Assembly (NCBI RefSeq): GCF_006345805.1
Contig: NC_042998.1
Location: 28,830,001-28,894,000, forward strand
Direction: 5' to 3'
Length of the DNA stretch: 64,000 bases
Source: Octopus sinensis
Taxonomy: Eukaryota
A model generated the notes under the pieces. That model was given only the letters and a program-made list of their open reading frames with translations, made no database searches and was not told the origin of the DNA. Of this stretch, positions 1 through 12,520 are shown piece after piece. A program made the translations under genes and the position numbers. Position 1 is the first letter of the stretch; the number at the start of each line of letters is the position of its first letter.

Positions 1-153
1 ACACCACCACACATAGATACATACATACGTATGTATGTGTATATATATATATATATATAATATATATATATATGTGTGTGTGTGTGTGTATGTATGAGGG
101 AGTGGACAAAGAAAGAAAGGGCAGGCAAACACGTTTGGAGTTACATGTAGAAA

Positions 154-257
154 TCAAAGCTGTTTGATTCAGATTCCATGCTACTTCAAGATCTGCTGGG
201 CCCTAATGATGCCTGCGAAACTGGAAGTAGCACAGAATACAAATCAAACAGCTTTGA
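154..257. repeat. Small fold-back element
   Basis: TCAAAGCTGTTTGATT (154-169) is the exact reverse complement of AATCAAACAGCTTTGA (242-257); inner TGCTACTTC/GAAGTAGCA also pair. Confidence 0.8.
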
Positions 258-280
258 ATAATATATATATATGTCTGTGC

Positions 281-311
<31 letters not shown>

Positions 312-526
312 ATATAATGTGAAATAGAAAGATGAATAATCTTGTAGTAGATTAATCAAAAGTTTAACCGATACCTTAGTAGCAAAAATCACAGCAGTGA
401 ACAGCACGGTTGGAGGTACAACCATCTGGCGTTGCAACCGTGCGTTGGTGCGGATAATTGAAATTAAAACATTATTGGTGAATTGAAGAAATGGAGCTGA
501 ACGCAGATTGAACAGAAATCGTTTTA

Positions 527-615
527 TTTCATTCTACACGTGTTTCGAAAGGCACAAATTACCAAAATCCGATTGAATATGGGACCATATTGTGTCTTTC
601 TCATCAGGAAGAAAA
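527..615 (-). ncRNA. Type I hammerhead ribozyme, mirror copy in the left arm
   Basis: Reverse complement of the 773-862 motif: TCATCAG at 601-607, TTTC at 543-546, CACGTG at 537-542. Confidence 0.85.
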
Positions 616-772
616 AAGGAAATCCGTTGGAAAAACAAAAACAGAACAGAGGCAGAGTAAAAAACAAATCGAACTGTGCTCCTAAGAGCCCGCCATGGGC
701 TCTTAGGAGCACAGTTCGATTTGTTTTTTACTCTGCCTCTGTTCTGTTTTTGTTTTTCCAACGGATTTCCTT

Positions 773-862
773 TTTTCTTCCTGATGAGAAAGACACAATA
801 TGGTCCCATTATTCAATCGGATTTTGGTAATTTGTGCCTTTCGAAACACGTGTAGAATGAAA
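773..862 (+). ncRNA. Type I hammerhead ribozyme, intact core, predicted GUA cleavage after 854
   Basis: Stem I TTC(778-780)/GAA(855-857), extendable past one mismatch; CTGATGA 781-787; stem II GAAAGACACAA 788-798 / TTGTGCCTTTC 832-842 (one mismatch); GAA 843-845; palindromic stem III ACACGTGT 846-853; A854. Confidence 0.85.
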
Positions 863-915
863 TAAAACGATTTCTGTTCAATCTGCGTTCAGCTCCATTT
901 CTTCAATTCACCAAT

Positions 916-953
<38 letters not shown>

Positions 954-1283
954 GCACATGTGTAGATGTGTATATATACACATACATTTATATACACGCA
1001 CATATATAAATGTATAATATATGTATGTATCTATACTTACATATATGTATATAATATGTGTGTATACATATGTATGTATATATACATAATATATATGTAT
1101 ACGTATATATACACATATTGCATATAATATATATATACACACACAGTTTAAAAATAGGATAAAATCTTTATAAGAATTCAGCAAGTAGTTAGCGTGAAAA
1201 ACCTCATAAGGGACAAAATTATTAATATATATATCCCAATATATATATATATGTATGTGTGTAGTTATATATTCATACATGCA

Positions 1284-1321
<38 letters not shown>

Positions 1322-1331
1322 CACATATACA

Positions 1332-1491
1332 ACAGGTTTCTTTCTGTTCCCGTGTGCCAAATCCACTCACAAGGCTTTTGTCTGCCTGAGGCTATAGTAC
1401 AAGACACTTGCTCAAGGTGCCCCACAGTGGGGCTGAAATCAGAACCATGTGGTTGGGATGCAAGATACTTACCACACAGTCACTCCTGCAC
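1332..1491 (-). mobile_element. tRNA-headed SINE family A, 5' part
   Basis: Diverged copy of the GGAGTGGCTGTGTGGTAAG...GGCACCTTGGGCAAGTG repeat seen more than 10 times in the window. Confidence 0.8.
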
Positions 1492-1626
1492 TTATATGAA
1501 TATATATATAATGTGTGTATATATACATATATATGTGTGTGTGTATATATATAATAACATTTTGACAAATAAAACATATGCATACATACATATATGTACA
1601 TACCTACATCTACATGTATATATACA

Positions 1627-1676
<50 letters not shown>

Positions 1677-2399
1677 TACAGAACACCACAAATAAATGTA
1701 GAACACAACGAGAAACGAAAACATAAAATCAAACAAAGAAACGGACTTTTTTTAACAATGAAAAAACAGAGTACAAGACAAACAATACAAGGAATATTCC
1801 CCTTCATCAGCTGCCCCTGGTTCGACTCAATACGTGTTTCGAACATACACACGCTCCTGCACATTCAATGAATGCACACATAAAACAAGAGCAAAACAGA
1901 GTGTGAATGCACCTGCTGTATCAATGATGCCAGGACACATACATTATCATTACACATAATCTTTATTTTATGAACTCTTTCAAATCTCTTTTATCATATT
2001 CCTAGAAGGATTTCTAGAAGAACTGCGTGGTTTCATCAGGTGTATGAAGAAAATGTTTTCTTTTCTTCACACTGAACATGATTATCTGCCTCCGCATTCT
2101 TTGTGTCTTTTTATAAAGGTGTTTATTTGAAGTAACAAAGGAGCCTTTATTTACTCCCTGAACCTCCTATATACATACCAGAAAAATTGTCCCTTATATC
2201 GTACCTTATAAAAAGATAGGGAAGAGTTATTGGATAAGGTAGTCTTAGATAAATGCTTGAAAACCAGGCAGGATGCTCAAAGCTGAAATGTTTATTTGTG
2301 GTCAATTACTCTGCCAGAAATAGCTGCCAAAATCTCCCTTAATTACTGCTTACCCTCATCAATTGATTAGGAACATATTATATGATATAGTGCTACAAC

Positions 2400-2657
2400 A
2401 TTACGGAGATATACTTGCATAGCAACTGACCTGATCTGAGATCATGTGCTGAAACAAAAACAATTGCAGTGTGGAAGGTGTTTATAAGCCATTTAAGAAA
2501 CACACAAAAACCATTAGATTCACTTCAACATTTAAATTTAATTTGTCAAAATATTTTTGTTGCTTTGAGACCACAACCTGTTCAATGACAAATTCCATTG
2601 GGAAATCAAATTTAAATGTTGAAGTGAATCTAATGGTTTTTGTGTGTTTCTTAAATC
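2400..2657 (-). mobile_element. G3:C8-hammerhead repeat family, decayed copy with inverted tail duplication
   Basis: Homologous to 41781-42113. Arms 2491-2540 and 2607-2656 are reverse complements. Decayed motif 2542-2592(-): TTTGTCA TTGAACA G GTTGT..GCAAC AAA AATATT T TGACAAA. Confidence 0.8.
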
Positions 2658-3869
2658 TATAATATAAATTGGACATGGACTATCGTTGTATTCTATCTTG
2701 TCATGAGGTTCACAGCCAAACAGCTGGGTGGATTCATGTGAAAAATGGCACACATGTGGAGATGGGTTCATAGATGGGAATGTGGCTTGTATTTTTTCCT
2801 AGCCCCCATATTTACCGAGAAAATGGACGAAATCTTTTTCTAATGGAATTCCCCTCTTTCTTCTGCCATTAAAACAACCAGTTGCTTAGAAACTGTTTGT
2901 GCAGTAAGTGCCCAAACACATCTTCACAAGACTTATCATAGCAAAAGCCATTTTGCAGAATTATAGAAATGAAATTCTTTACTAATCCCTCTTAATTATA
3001 ACTGCTCTAAGCAATTTAACTTCTTCTTGATTACAGCAACTGGGAGCCTGATTCTATTCCATCATTACACAGAGTGCAAGAATTTTTAATTGACATCTTT
3101 TGCATCATTGCTGATTTAAGAGTGACTTTTAGAATTTTATATAGGATTGTTGATAACAGATTCCTTGCATGTTTGTTCCACAGATCAGGCATCCTGTAAG
3201 CTCATTTATTGATCAATTGTCAGTGGCAATATCTATTTGTTAATATATCTGATATCTCTGTCTTTACGTTCTGAGGTCAAATTCTGTTGTGGTCAACTTT
3301 GCCTTTCATCCTTTCGGGTCGATAAATTAAGTACCAGTTGCGTAGTGGGGTCGATCTAATCGATTGGCCTCCTCCCCCAAAATTTCGGGTCTTGTGCCTT
3401 GGGTGGGGTCAGGAAATTTTCATACAGCTGGAAGCTCCAATCGAAACAGGGGAACCGAAATGAAAAGGTTGAGAAACGCTGCTACAGATTATGCCTACCG
3501 AAAACGAACGCAGCCACATCATCCAAACAGACCGGGTAAAACCAGGCTTAGTTGCTAGTAGCTTATAAACACCTTCCAGGCTGCAATTGAGTCCTAAACA
3601 TATTCTTATAAAAGTTGGGATAGTCATATCGGAAATGACATCAACCATTGGTCTGCTCATTCCAGGCTAACCTACGTTTAAACACCAACAACAACATGAA
3701 CAACACAGCATTGTGTTGCTATTTTAAGCAAAGTATTGATTATTTTCCAATAAGCACAAGGGAAAATGATATTTTTTATAGACATGACATTTAGTGTAGT
3801 CCAGTTAATTAAATTACTGGAGCATGAACAGTGTACTGTAGCAAAGTTATACTCTATAGATTTTTTCTA

Positions 3870-4262
3870 GAGTGGCTGTGTTTTAAGTAGCTTGCTTATG
3901 AACCACATGGTTCCGGGTTCAGTCCCACAGCGTGGCACCTTGGGCAAGTGTCTTCTACTATAGCCTTGGGCTGACCAAAGCCTTTTGAGTGGATTTGGTA
4001 GACGGAAACTGAAAGAAGCCCGTCATATATATGTATATATATATCTTTGTGTGTTTGTGTGTCTGTGTTCATCCTCTCAACATCTCTTGACAACTGATGC
4101 TGGTGTGTTTACGTCCCCGTCACTTAGCAGTTCGGCAAAAGAGACCGATAGACTAAGTACTAGGCTTACAAAGAATAAGTCCTGGGGTCGATTTGCTTGA
4201 CTAAAGGCGGTGCTCCAGCATGGCCACAGTCAAATGACTGAAACAAGTAAAAGAGTAAAAAA
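3870..4262 (+). mobile_element. SINE family A, near full length
   Basis: Head with GGTTCAGTCC B-box-like motif, internal (TA/TG)n, and 3' part ending GACTGAAACAAGTAAAAGAG. Confidence 0.85.
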
Positions 4263-4989
4263 GTAACACTGTACATAAGGGACATGTAAACACTTTGTAA
4301 ACATAATATCTTTATGGACAGGTGAAAGGAGTTGACCGGATCAGTTTCAGTCCCGTTTTGGGATTTTATAGCAATCAAGTACCACCCTTAATGGTCCACA
4401 GAGATACTACAAGTTCTCGAATTACTAAGGCTTAAGTAAACTGGACAGATCAATTTGCATATATATAATGCATTCTTGGTAATCAATGTAATCAATAATT
4501 AATAATTTATTAGCATATTAACAATGTGCTGTTTCAATACTACTCTGAGCATTAATCATGTGAAGATGAAGCATAGCTGTGTGGTTATGAGGTCTCCTTT
4601 AGGTTCAGTCCCTCTGCATAGCACTTTGAACAAGGGTCTTCAACTATAGTCCCACTTTGAATGCATAATGATAGCTAATGGGATGTAGAACAAAAACTCA
4701 CACACATGCAAAATATATGGTTGTCATAAATTTATGATAGAATTCAATGCAGATGCATGGAGTTTGCCAAGAAGACACAAACATTCTACCATAATGACAG
4801 ATTCAAAGAAAAGGCCTGCAAACAAAACTATTTGTAGCAACCAAATAATTTCTCTCTTTGTCACAGAGTCACATGCTTGGTAAGAAGGGCAGAGTTGGTT
4901 AGTGTCCCGAGTATATGACAGGTACCTACTGAGCTACTAACTTGACTTTCATGAAACAAAAACTAAATTTCCCTCGATATTCTTAATTT

Positions 4990-5126
4990 TTTTTAGTTGA
5001 TGGGAAAGCAAGATCCTGACTGACCCTTTTCAGAGTCTTTAAGTCTGGTGGAAAGGAAGGAGGAAGGCGTCTACAAATTGGAGGCCTGGCTCAAATGCTT
5101 ACAACAAAATGGATTCTGCCATAGGC
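4990..5126 (+). repeat. 137-bp local duplication, copy 1
   Basis: Identical to 6741-6877 except one T/C substitution. Confidence 0.95.
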
Positions 5127-5159
5127 TTCTAATGTATGAGGAGGAATTTCATGATAGGA

Positions 5160-5506
5160 TTTGTACCAGTGCCACCTGACTGACTCCTGTGCCAGTGACA
5201 CATAAAAAGCACCATCCAAACGTGGTTGATGCCAATGGCCACCGACTGGCTCCTGTGCCGGTGACACATAGAAAGCACCATCCGAACATGGTCAATGCCA
5301 GTGTTGCCTGACTGGCTCCCAGGCTGGTGGCATGTAAAAAGCACCCACTGCACTCTCAGTGTGGTTGGCATTAGGAAGGGCATCCAGCTGTAGAAACTTT
5401 GTCAGATCAGATTGGTGCCTGGTGCAACCTTCTGGCTTGCCAGTCCTCAGTCAAATTGTCCAACCCATGCTAGCATGGAAAGCAGACACTAAGCGATGAT
5501 GATGAT
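5160..5506 (+). mobile_element. RTE-LINE 3' UTR fragment with (GAT)n tail
   Basis: Same sequence lies downstream of RTE ORF ends at 39240 and 57125; ends CCATGCTAGCATGGAAAGC...GATGATGAT. Confidence 0.75.
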
Positions 5507-6311
5507 TTGAACTCAGAATGCATGGATCCCAACCGAATCTAGCAAGGCATATGGTCCAATACTCTTATAGCTTACAGTTTTATCAATATACTATCTTGTA
5601 TTAGTACTTTTTTATCCTGAAAGGATAAAAGCAAACTTTACTTTCGTAGGATTTGAACTCAGAGCCTAAAGGGTCAAAACATATAACACCAGGCATTTTA
5701 TATGATATTCTACTGACTCTGCCAATTGGAATATATCAAATGGTTCTAGAGCTTTTTGCATATAGGAAGCAGATGGAACTGTCACAGCTGGAATGCTTTT
5801 TATCATAGGTCTGCTCAACCACAGCTCAAGTGGGGTGACTCAACAACAACTGCCATTCATTTTACTAAAGAACTTTGGTATAGAGAGCTGCTATGTGGTT
5901 GCCTCTCTTGCTAGAAATATCAGCCAACTTTACTGTCTTGGGAAAGAAAAGCTGCACATTGAATAAAGCCATCTCCGATAGTTACAGGATATTTCATTGC
6001 AAAGATTTTTGCTGTAGGAAAATTCACTGTTAGAAATTTAGTTTTAAATCACCCCATCATGTTTTTTAATGTTTGATGTTGAATAAAGACTTGCCTGTTT
6101 AATGCTTGAATTAAAAATAACCATTTATCTTTTTTCATTATTTAAAAAAAATACTGATATAATATGCTTTATCATAGTCCATTAAGTGAATTTTCCAATA
6201 TGGTAAAATTTCTTACTGAGAATTTTCCAAACATGATCCCAGACATAAACCTATATAAAAAAAAAATTAATAAATCTGGAATAACTTTGATCATAAGCCT
6301 GCTGAATTGAA

Positions 6312-6675
6312 GGTGGGCTGTGTGGTAAGTAGCTTGCTTACCACTTACATGGTTCTGGGTTCAGTCCTGCTGTGTGGTGCTGTGGGCAAGTGTCTTCTAC
6401 TATATCCCCGGGCTGACCAAAGCCTTGTGAGTGGATTTGGTTGATGGAAACTGAAAGAAGCCTGTCGTATGTATGTGTGTGTGTGTGTGTGTGTGCAAAT
6501 TTGTGTGTGTCTGTGTTTGTCCTCCCACCACCATCACTTGACAACCGATGGCACTTCAGCAAAAGAGACTAATACAATAAGTACTAGACTTACGAGGAAT
6601 CCTGGGGGTCGATTTGTTTGACTAAAGGCGGTGCTCCAGCATGGTCACAGTCAAACAACTGAAACAAGTAAAACA
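6312..6675 (+). mobile_element. SINE family A
   Basis: Homologous to 3870-4262; A-rich tail. Confidence 0.85.
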
Positions 6676-6740
6676 AAAAAAAAAAAAAAATCTGTAGTGA
6701 GGTGAAAGGTAAAACTCAGCTCAGGTAGGGTTGTTAATTG

Positions 6741-6877
6741 TTTTTAGTTGACGGGAAAGCAAGATCCTGACTGACCCTTTTCAGAGTCTTTAAGTCTGGT
6801 GGAAAGGAAGGAGGAAGGCGTCTACAAATTGGAGGCCTGGCTCAAATGCTTACAACAAAATGGATTCTGCCATAGGC
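6741..6877 (+). repeat. 137-bp local duplication, copy 2
   Basis: See 4990-5126; offset 1751 bp. Confidence 0.95.
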
Positions 6878-7729
6878 ACAAAACCTGGAGTTATGAGACT
6901 AAATTCAATAATGAAATTCAGTCTGATGCCTTGTTACATTATTCCATCATCCAAACTAGAATCATCATTATCTGGTTGAGCTTGCTTGGGCATTTTTATC
7001 CTGCACAATGCCATTCATCTCAGTCCTGCATTCGTGAAGGAAGGTCTTGGGAGAGGCATCCTGTATCTCTGGTAACCTGACCTGCTTAATTGAGTTTGGA
7101 CGACCAGCTTGAGTCTGGCCATGTTTTGGCATCCACAGCAGCAGAAAACTTGCCAGTTCTTTTCTTAAAGTTACACTCTAGCTATGATAACAATGATTTA
7201 TTACATCAGCTAATGGCCAAAGATTTACTAGGAAGACACAGACAGCACCAACACCCAGCATATATAAGTTTCAAGGAGATGGAGAAATAAAAAAAACACA
7301 TCAGTGAAAAGCACTTATTTCTCCCAATGATCTTAGATGTATTAATTAGGTGATATATTTCAGCAGAATTCAGAATCTTAGACATATCTCAAGATTTTCT
7401 TTTTCTGATTTTCTTCCTTTATTTTGGCTTTTTTTTTTATTTTAACTTTTATTTATTTATTTTGCTACAAAGAATCATGTGTGAGATCTTTCGTTGAAAT
7501 CTACTCATTATCAGATTCTGTTTTGTTTTTTTCTGGCTGCTGCAGATGCTGCAGCGACTGTTACTATCAAGCATTTCAATCTTTCTTTTTTTCTCTTTCC
7601 GTTTCTTTATTTCTCCTTTATCTTTCTTTTTTTTTTTTGCCCATGCTCATTAAAATACACATTAGCATTTATATAAGCTCAACGCAAAGAATATATCATT
7701 AGATGCATGTGATTCAATGCATGTCTCTG

Positions 7730-7733
7730 CATG

Positions 7734-7798
<65 letters not shown>

Positions 7799-7978
7799 TA
7801 TACACATATATACACACATATATACACCCATATATATATACATATATATATATAACATATATATATACATATATATACACATATATATACATATATATAC
7901 ACATATATATATACACATATATATACACACATATATATATACACATAATATACACATATATATATATAATATATATAC

Positions 7979-8010
<32 letters not shown>

Positions 8011-8285
8011 TACATATATATATATATATATACATACATATATATATACATATATATACACACATATATATATACATATATATATATATATACATATACA
8101 CACTATATATATATACACATATATATATATATACATATACACACTATATATATATATATATATGTATATACATATACACACTATATATATACATATACAC
8201 ACACACACATATATACACACATATATATAATATATATATATATACATATACACACACACACATATATAATGTGTGTGTGTGTACA
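7730..8285. repeat. Compound (TA)/(CA) microsatellite, ~550 bp
   Basis: Directly visible; source of the poly-I/Y ORFs. Confidence 0.95.
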
Positions 8286-8771
8286 TTAATGCATGTAGGT
8301 TTATTTCTGTCTTCCACATCCTTCAGCTTCAACAGTTCTCTTTGAAAAATTGGAAAGCAGTTACAGCGACAACAACAACAACAACAATAGCAGCAACAAC
8401 AACATCTTCCATAATCACTCTGACCCATTATTTAAAGCAGCACAAATAAATGCAAGTCTATGACTGAGAACAAACAACCACAGTATTCTTCTCCATTTGA
8501 GGAATATTATAAATTAATGTGAAAACTAACAAACATACCTAGGTTCATTATTTCATCTTCTCTTTGCCATTATTTTTTTGTTTTTTTTTTGTTTTGTTTT
8601 CTTTGACTGGAATCATGTAAGGAGATGATAAATAGAAATCTGTTACCTTTATGTCTGGGAAATATGTTAGCTAGGATGAAATTGTTTTTGCATTAATTCT
8701 TGCTTAATTCTTTTGAGATAAAAGCTAAATGGTGGTTAAACCATTTTTGTGGAATACAATAGGAATAAGGG

Positions 8772-8842
8772 TTTTGTTATGTAAAATTCTGTTAAAAATA
8801 TCTGATTCTCAATGCACAAAATATATATGCATGTATAAGTGA
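8772..8842 (+). repeat. 71-bp local duplication (partner at 10735-10805)
   Basis: TTTTGTTATGTAAAATTCTGTTAAAAATATCTGATTCTCAATGCA...AAGTGA occurs at both sites. Confidence 0.9.
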
Positions 8843-9227
8843 GTGTGTATATGTAAATATATATATGCTCATATATGAGCGAGACTGTTTGGCATCATAT
8901 CGTGCTTGGGAAGAACCCCCATCAAGCCAAGTGAAATCATAGTTGTAGTAGATATTGGTGTCATGCAAATGGCACCCATTACACTCTTGGCGTGGTTGGT
9001 GTTAGGAAGGGCATCAAGCCATAGAAAACTATGCCAAATCAGACTGGAGTGTGGTGCAGCCTTCTAGCTTGCCAGCCCTAGTCAAACTGTCGAACCCATG
9101 CCAGCATGGACAATGGATGTTAAATGATAATGATGTATATATGTATATGTGTATATATGTGCATGTGTGTGTATATCATCATCATCGTTTAGCGTCCACT
9201 TTCCATGCTAGCATGGGTTGGACCATG

Positions 9228-9261
<34 letters not shown>

Positions 9262-9264
9262 TGT

Positions 9265-9425
9265 TGGAGTGGCTGTGTGGTAAATAGCTTGCTTGCTAAC
9301 CACATGGTTCCAGGTTCAGTCCCACTGCGTGGCACCTTGGGCAAGTGTCTTCTACTATAGCCTCAGGCTGACCAATGCCTTGTAAGTGGATTTGGCAGAC
9401 GGAGACTGAAAGAAGCCCATCGTAT
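9265..9425 (+). mobile_element. SINE family A, 5' part
   Basis: GGAGTGGCTGTGTGGTAAATAGCTTGC head followed by (TA)n. Confidence 0.8.
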
Positions 9426-9479
9426 ATATATATATATATATATATATGTGCATGTTTTGTATATGTAAGTGTGTATATA

Positions 9480-9512
<33 letters not shown>

Positions 9513-9849
9513 CTATATGTTTGTATGAATAATAACTTATATGTGTATGTTTTGTATGTGTAAGTATGTATGTATATATATATATGTATACATAGTAGGT
9601 AGGTATGTGTGTGTTCTGGGAACAGTACTCTCTTTCTAACACACATATATTAAGAGACGATAGATCAGTCTAGTTGGTTTTTAAAGGTTCGATTTGTATT
9701 TCAATTCTTTATCAGGCAAAAGCAAAAAAAAAACCCGCATTATTTAGTAGATATACAGAGACAAGAGAAGTTGTTGATTCTGTATATAATGATTGCATTA
9801 TATGTTTACACACCAGGCAGATATTTACATTCTGCTACAAGCATGAGGG

Positions 9850-10113
9850 CAATAACAGTAATAATAATAATAATAACAATAATAATAATAATAATAATGA
9901 TAATAATAATAATAATAACAATAACAATAATAATAATAATAATAATAACAATAATAATAATAACAATAACAATAATAATAATAACAATAATAATAAATAA
10001 TAATAATAATATAATAATAATAATAACATAACAATAATAATAATAATAATAATAACAATAATAATAATAACAATAACAATAATAATAATAACAATAATAA
10101 TAATAACAATAAC

Positions 10114-10145
<32 letters not shown>

Positions 10146-10182
10146 TAATAATAATAATAATAACAACAATAATAATAATAAT
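9850..10182. repeat. (AAT/AAC)n microsatellite, ~330 bp
   Basis: Directly visible; source of the poly-N/L/I ORFs. Confidence 0.97.
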
Positions 10183-10501
10183 GTGGTGATGCTGGCAGAT
10201 ATCCAATTTATTGGTGCATTTTTATGTAACAATAAAACAATGACAGCCTTACATTTTATGTAAGCAATGAAACATTACAAATACTGCAGGCTGTGGGGAG
10301 ATATTTCCATACTTTATAGTATTTAGTTTTTGTCACTGTTCTTTGTTAGTTTAACCCTTTTGTATTGAGATTTCTCTGTGAGATGTTCGCCTTGTTTATT
10401 CACATTGTTTTGAATTAAATCATGTATTTACATTATTTACATTTGATGGATATTTGTCCTCATCTTGTTTGATGTTAACACAACATTTCAGCTGATATAC
10501 C

Positions 10502-10735
10502 TATTTCTTTATTACCCACAAGGGGCTAAACACATAGGGGACAAACAAGGACAGACATAGGTATTAAGTCGATTACATCGACCCAGTGTGTAACTGGTAC
10601 TTAATTTATCGACCCCGAAAGGATAAAAGGCAAAGTCGACCTCGGCAGAATTTGAACTCACAACGTAACGCAGACGAAATACCGCTAAGCATTTCGCCCG
10701 GCGTGCTAACGTTTCTGCCAGCTTGCCGCCTTTTT
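10502..10735 (-). mobile_element. tRNA-headed SINE family B
   Basis: Reverse complement of GAGCTGGCAGAAACGTTAGC...GAGTTCAAATTC...GTCGACTTTGCCTTTCATCC...GGGTAGTAAAGAAATAGG. Confidence 0.85.
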
Positions 10736-10835
10736 TTTGTTATGTAAAATTCTGTTAAAAATATCTGATTCTCAATGCATAAAATATATGTACATGTGTA
10801 AGTGATATACCTTCCAACCTTCATCAGGTGTGTTG

Positions 10836-11110
10836 GATGGTTAAGAGCGCAGGCTACTAACCCCAAGATTCCGAGTTTGATTCCAAGCAGTGACCTGAAT
10901 AATAATGATAATAATAATAATAATAATAATAATTATAATTATATACCTTAGGAATGAGAACCCAGGTTTGAAATTTCCCCAAGACACCTGTTGAAGGCTG
11001 GAGGGTATATCAGCTTGAAATGTTGTGTTAACAACAAATAAGATGAGGACAAATATCCATCAAATGTAAACAATGTACATAATTCCTCATCTCTCAAATA
11101 TCGAACTGTA
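10836..11110 (+). mobile_element. tRNA-headed SINE carrying a hammerhead motif (decayed core, 10984-11028)
   Basis: Head GGTTAAGAGCGCAGGCTACTAACCCCAAGATTCCGAGTTTGATTCC, then (AAT)n, then ACAC CTGTTGA A GGCTG-loop-CAGCT T GAA ATGT T GTGT. An inverted copy lies at 10420-10501 plus 10803-10830. Confidence 0.8.
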
Positions 11111-12019
11111 GAAATAGATTTATTGGAAATAACATGATTAAAACAAAAAACTTTGGTCCTTTCTTAAAATTGACATATCTTCATTCTAATTCCAGTATTT
11201 TTCTTTGGCATGCCAGTTTTCTATTTAAAAAATTTTTTTTAGGTATATTGTTTTGATTTTCAATTTGTGAAGTGCAAACATCACCTCCAATCTCATTTTC
11301 AGCTTCAAAATTTCCATGCATTTTAACCAATTCTAAATCATGTTTGTGATGGATTTGATTGAATTTCCATTCATCCCCCATCACAGTATTTTAATTCCTG
11401 CAGTATTTCTGCTGTTGTGAACATCCTCAGTATTTACCTTCCTTCACCAAACATGCTTCGTAGCTTCCCTTCATAGTAAAAAAAAAAAACAAAATCACCA
11501 GAAAAATAATAAAAAACCCACCTCATCTTTGAGTAGACATTTGTACATAAACTAATACTGCATTGACAGCAAAATTTTATTCTGATTGGCTGCTTTATTC
11601 TTCATTCTGACCTGACTTCAACATGAGGTTTACCCATTTCCACTGTATCAGTAATTCAACAGAATATCAAGATAGATATTCCCAGTGTTCTAGGAATATA
11701 TCCTGACAGTCTTGAATAAACATCAAGCATACTGAAAGCCAGTTAAATCAACCATGTCCATTTCCATCAATCTTATGGACTTGTGCCAATGTACATGATC
11801 AATCCTCAGAAAGTGGGGCTTCTGATTCAGCCTAAAATGTCTTACAGTTGCTTTAATTACTGGGATGATCCATTTTGACTAAAAGTTAATACAATACATA
11901 GATTCAGCCCCTTACATCAAAAGTTCAAATCTGATCATGATCAACATTATGTTTCTTTTATCTGGGGGCCTAATTACCTGCCTGTATGATATTAAGTTGA
12001 TACAAATAAACTATGCCTC

Positions 12020-12520
12020 ACCAGTACTAAATTTACAAGATACATTGTGTGAGAAGACCTGGCAGGACAAATGAGACCATAACCTGTGGCCTTTACCTGG
12101 GATGTAGCCAGTCCACTTATGCATATCTTTCCTTCTTGGGACCCAAAACTCTGCTTGTGAAGACCTGTTGAGGCAAGCGAAATCAAAATCGATCAAAAAC
12201 TCAATGGAAATTGTAGTTGTGATACCAGTGCCGGTGGCACGTAAAAAGATCAATCTGAACGTGGCCAGTGCCAGTGGCACGTAAAAAGCACCAACCATTC
12301 ATGGCCATTGCCAGCCTCGCCTGGCACCTGTGCTGGTGGCACGTAAAAAGCACCCACCACACTCATGGAGTGGTTGGCATTAGGAAGGGCATCCAGCTGT
12401 AGAAACACTGCCAGATCAGACTGGAGCCTGGTGCAGCCTCCTGGCTTCCCAGTCCCTGGTCAAATCGTCCAATTCATGCTAGCATGGAAAACGGATGTTA
12501 AACGATGATGATGATGATGA
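12020..12520 (+). mobile_element. RTE-LINE 3' UTR with (GAT)n tail
   Basis: Homologous to the UTR portions of 38217-39240 and 54668-57125. Confidence 0.75.

Larger units (their letters stand above)
465..924. repeat. ~460-bp near-perfect palindrome (inverted duplication of a Penelope-like pLTR fragment)
   Basis: Arms are reverse complements around a 5-nt loop GCCAT (692-696) with one 1-nt indel. This explains the mirror ORFs 534..809(-) and 540..830(+). The right arm ends at (TA)n. Confidence 0.95.

Noticed and set aside
1795-1850. GAAACACGTA upstream of CTGATGA on the minus strand (similar at 17510-17560 and 20575-20625) as a type II hammerhead
   Set aside because: Stems I and II do not pair convincingly; these may be Penelope-like remnants but are not supportable as ribozymes.
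11181-11384. 67-aa ORF on the minus strand
   Set aside because: No recognisable motif and no convincing splice sites.
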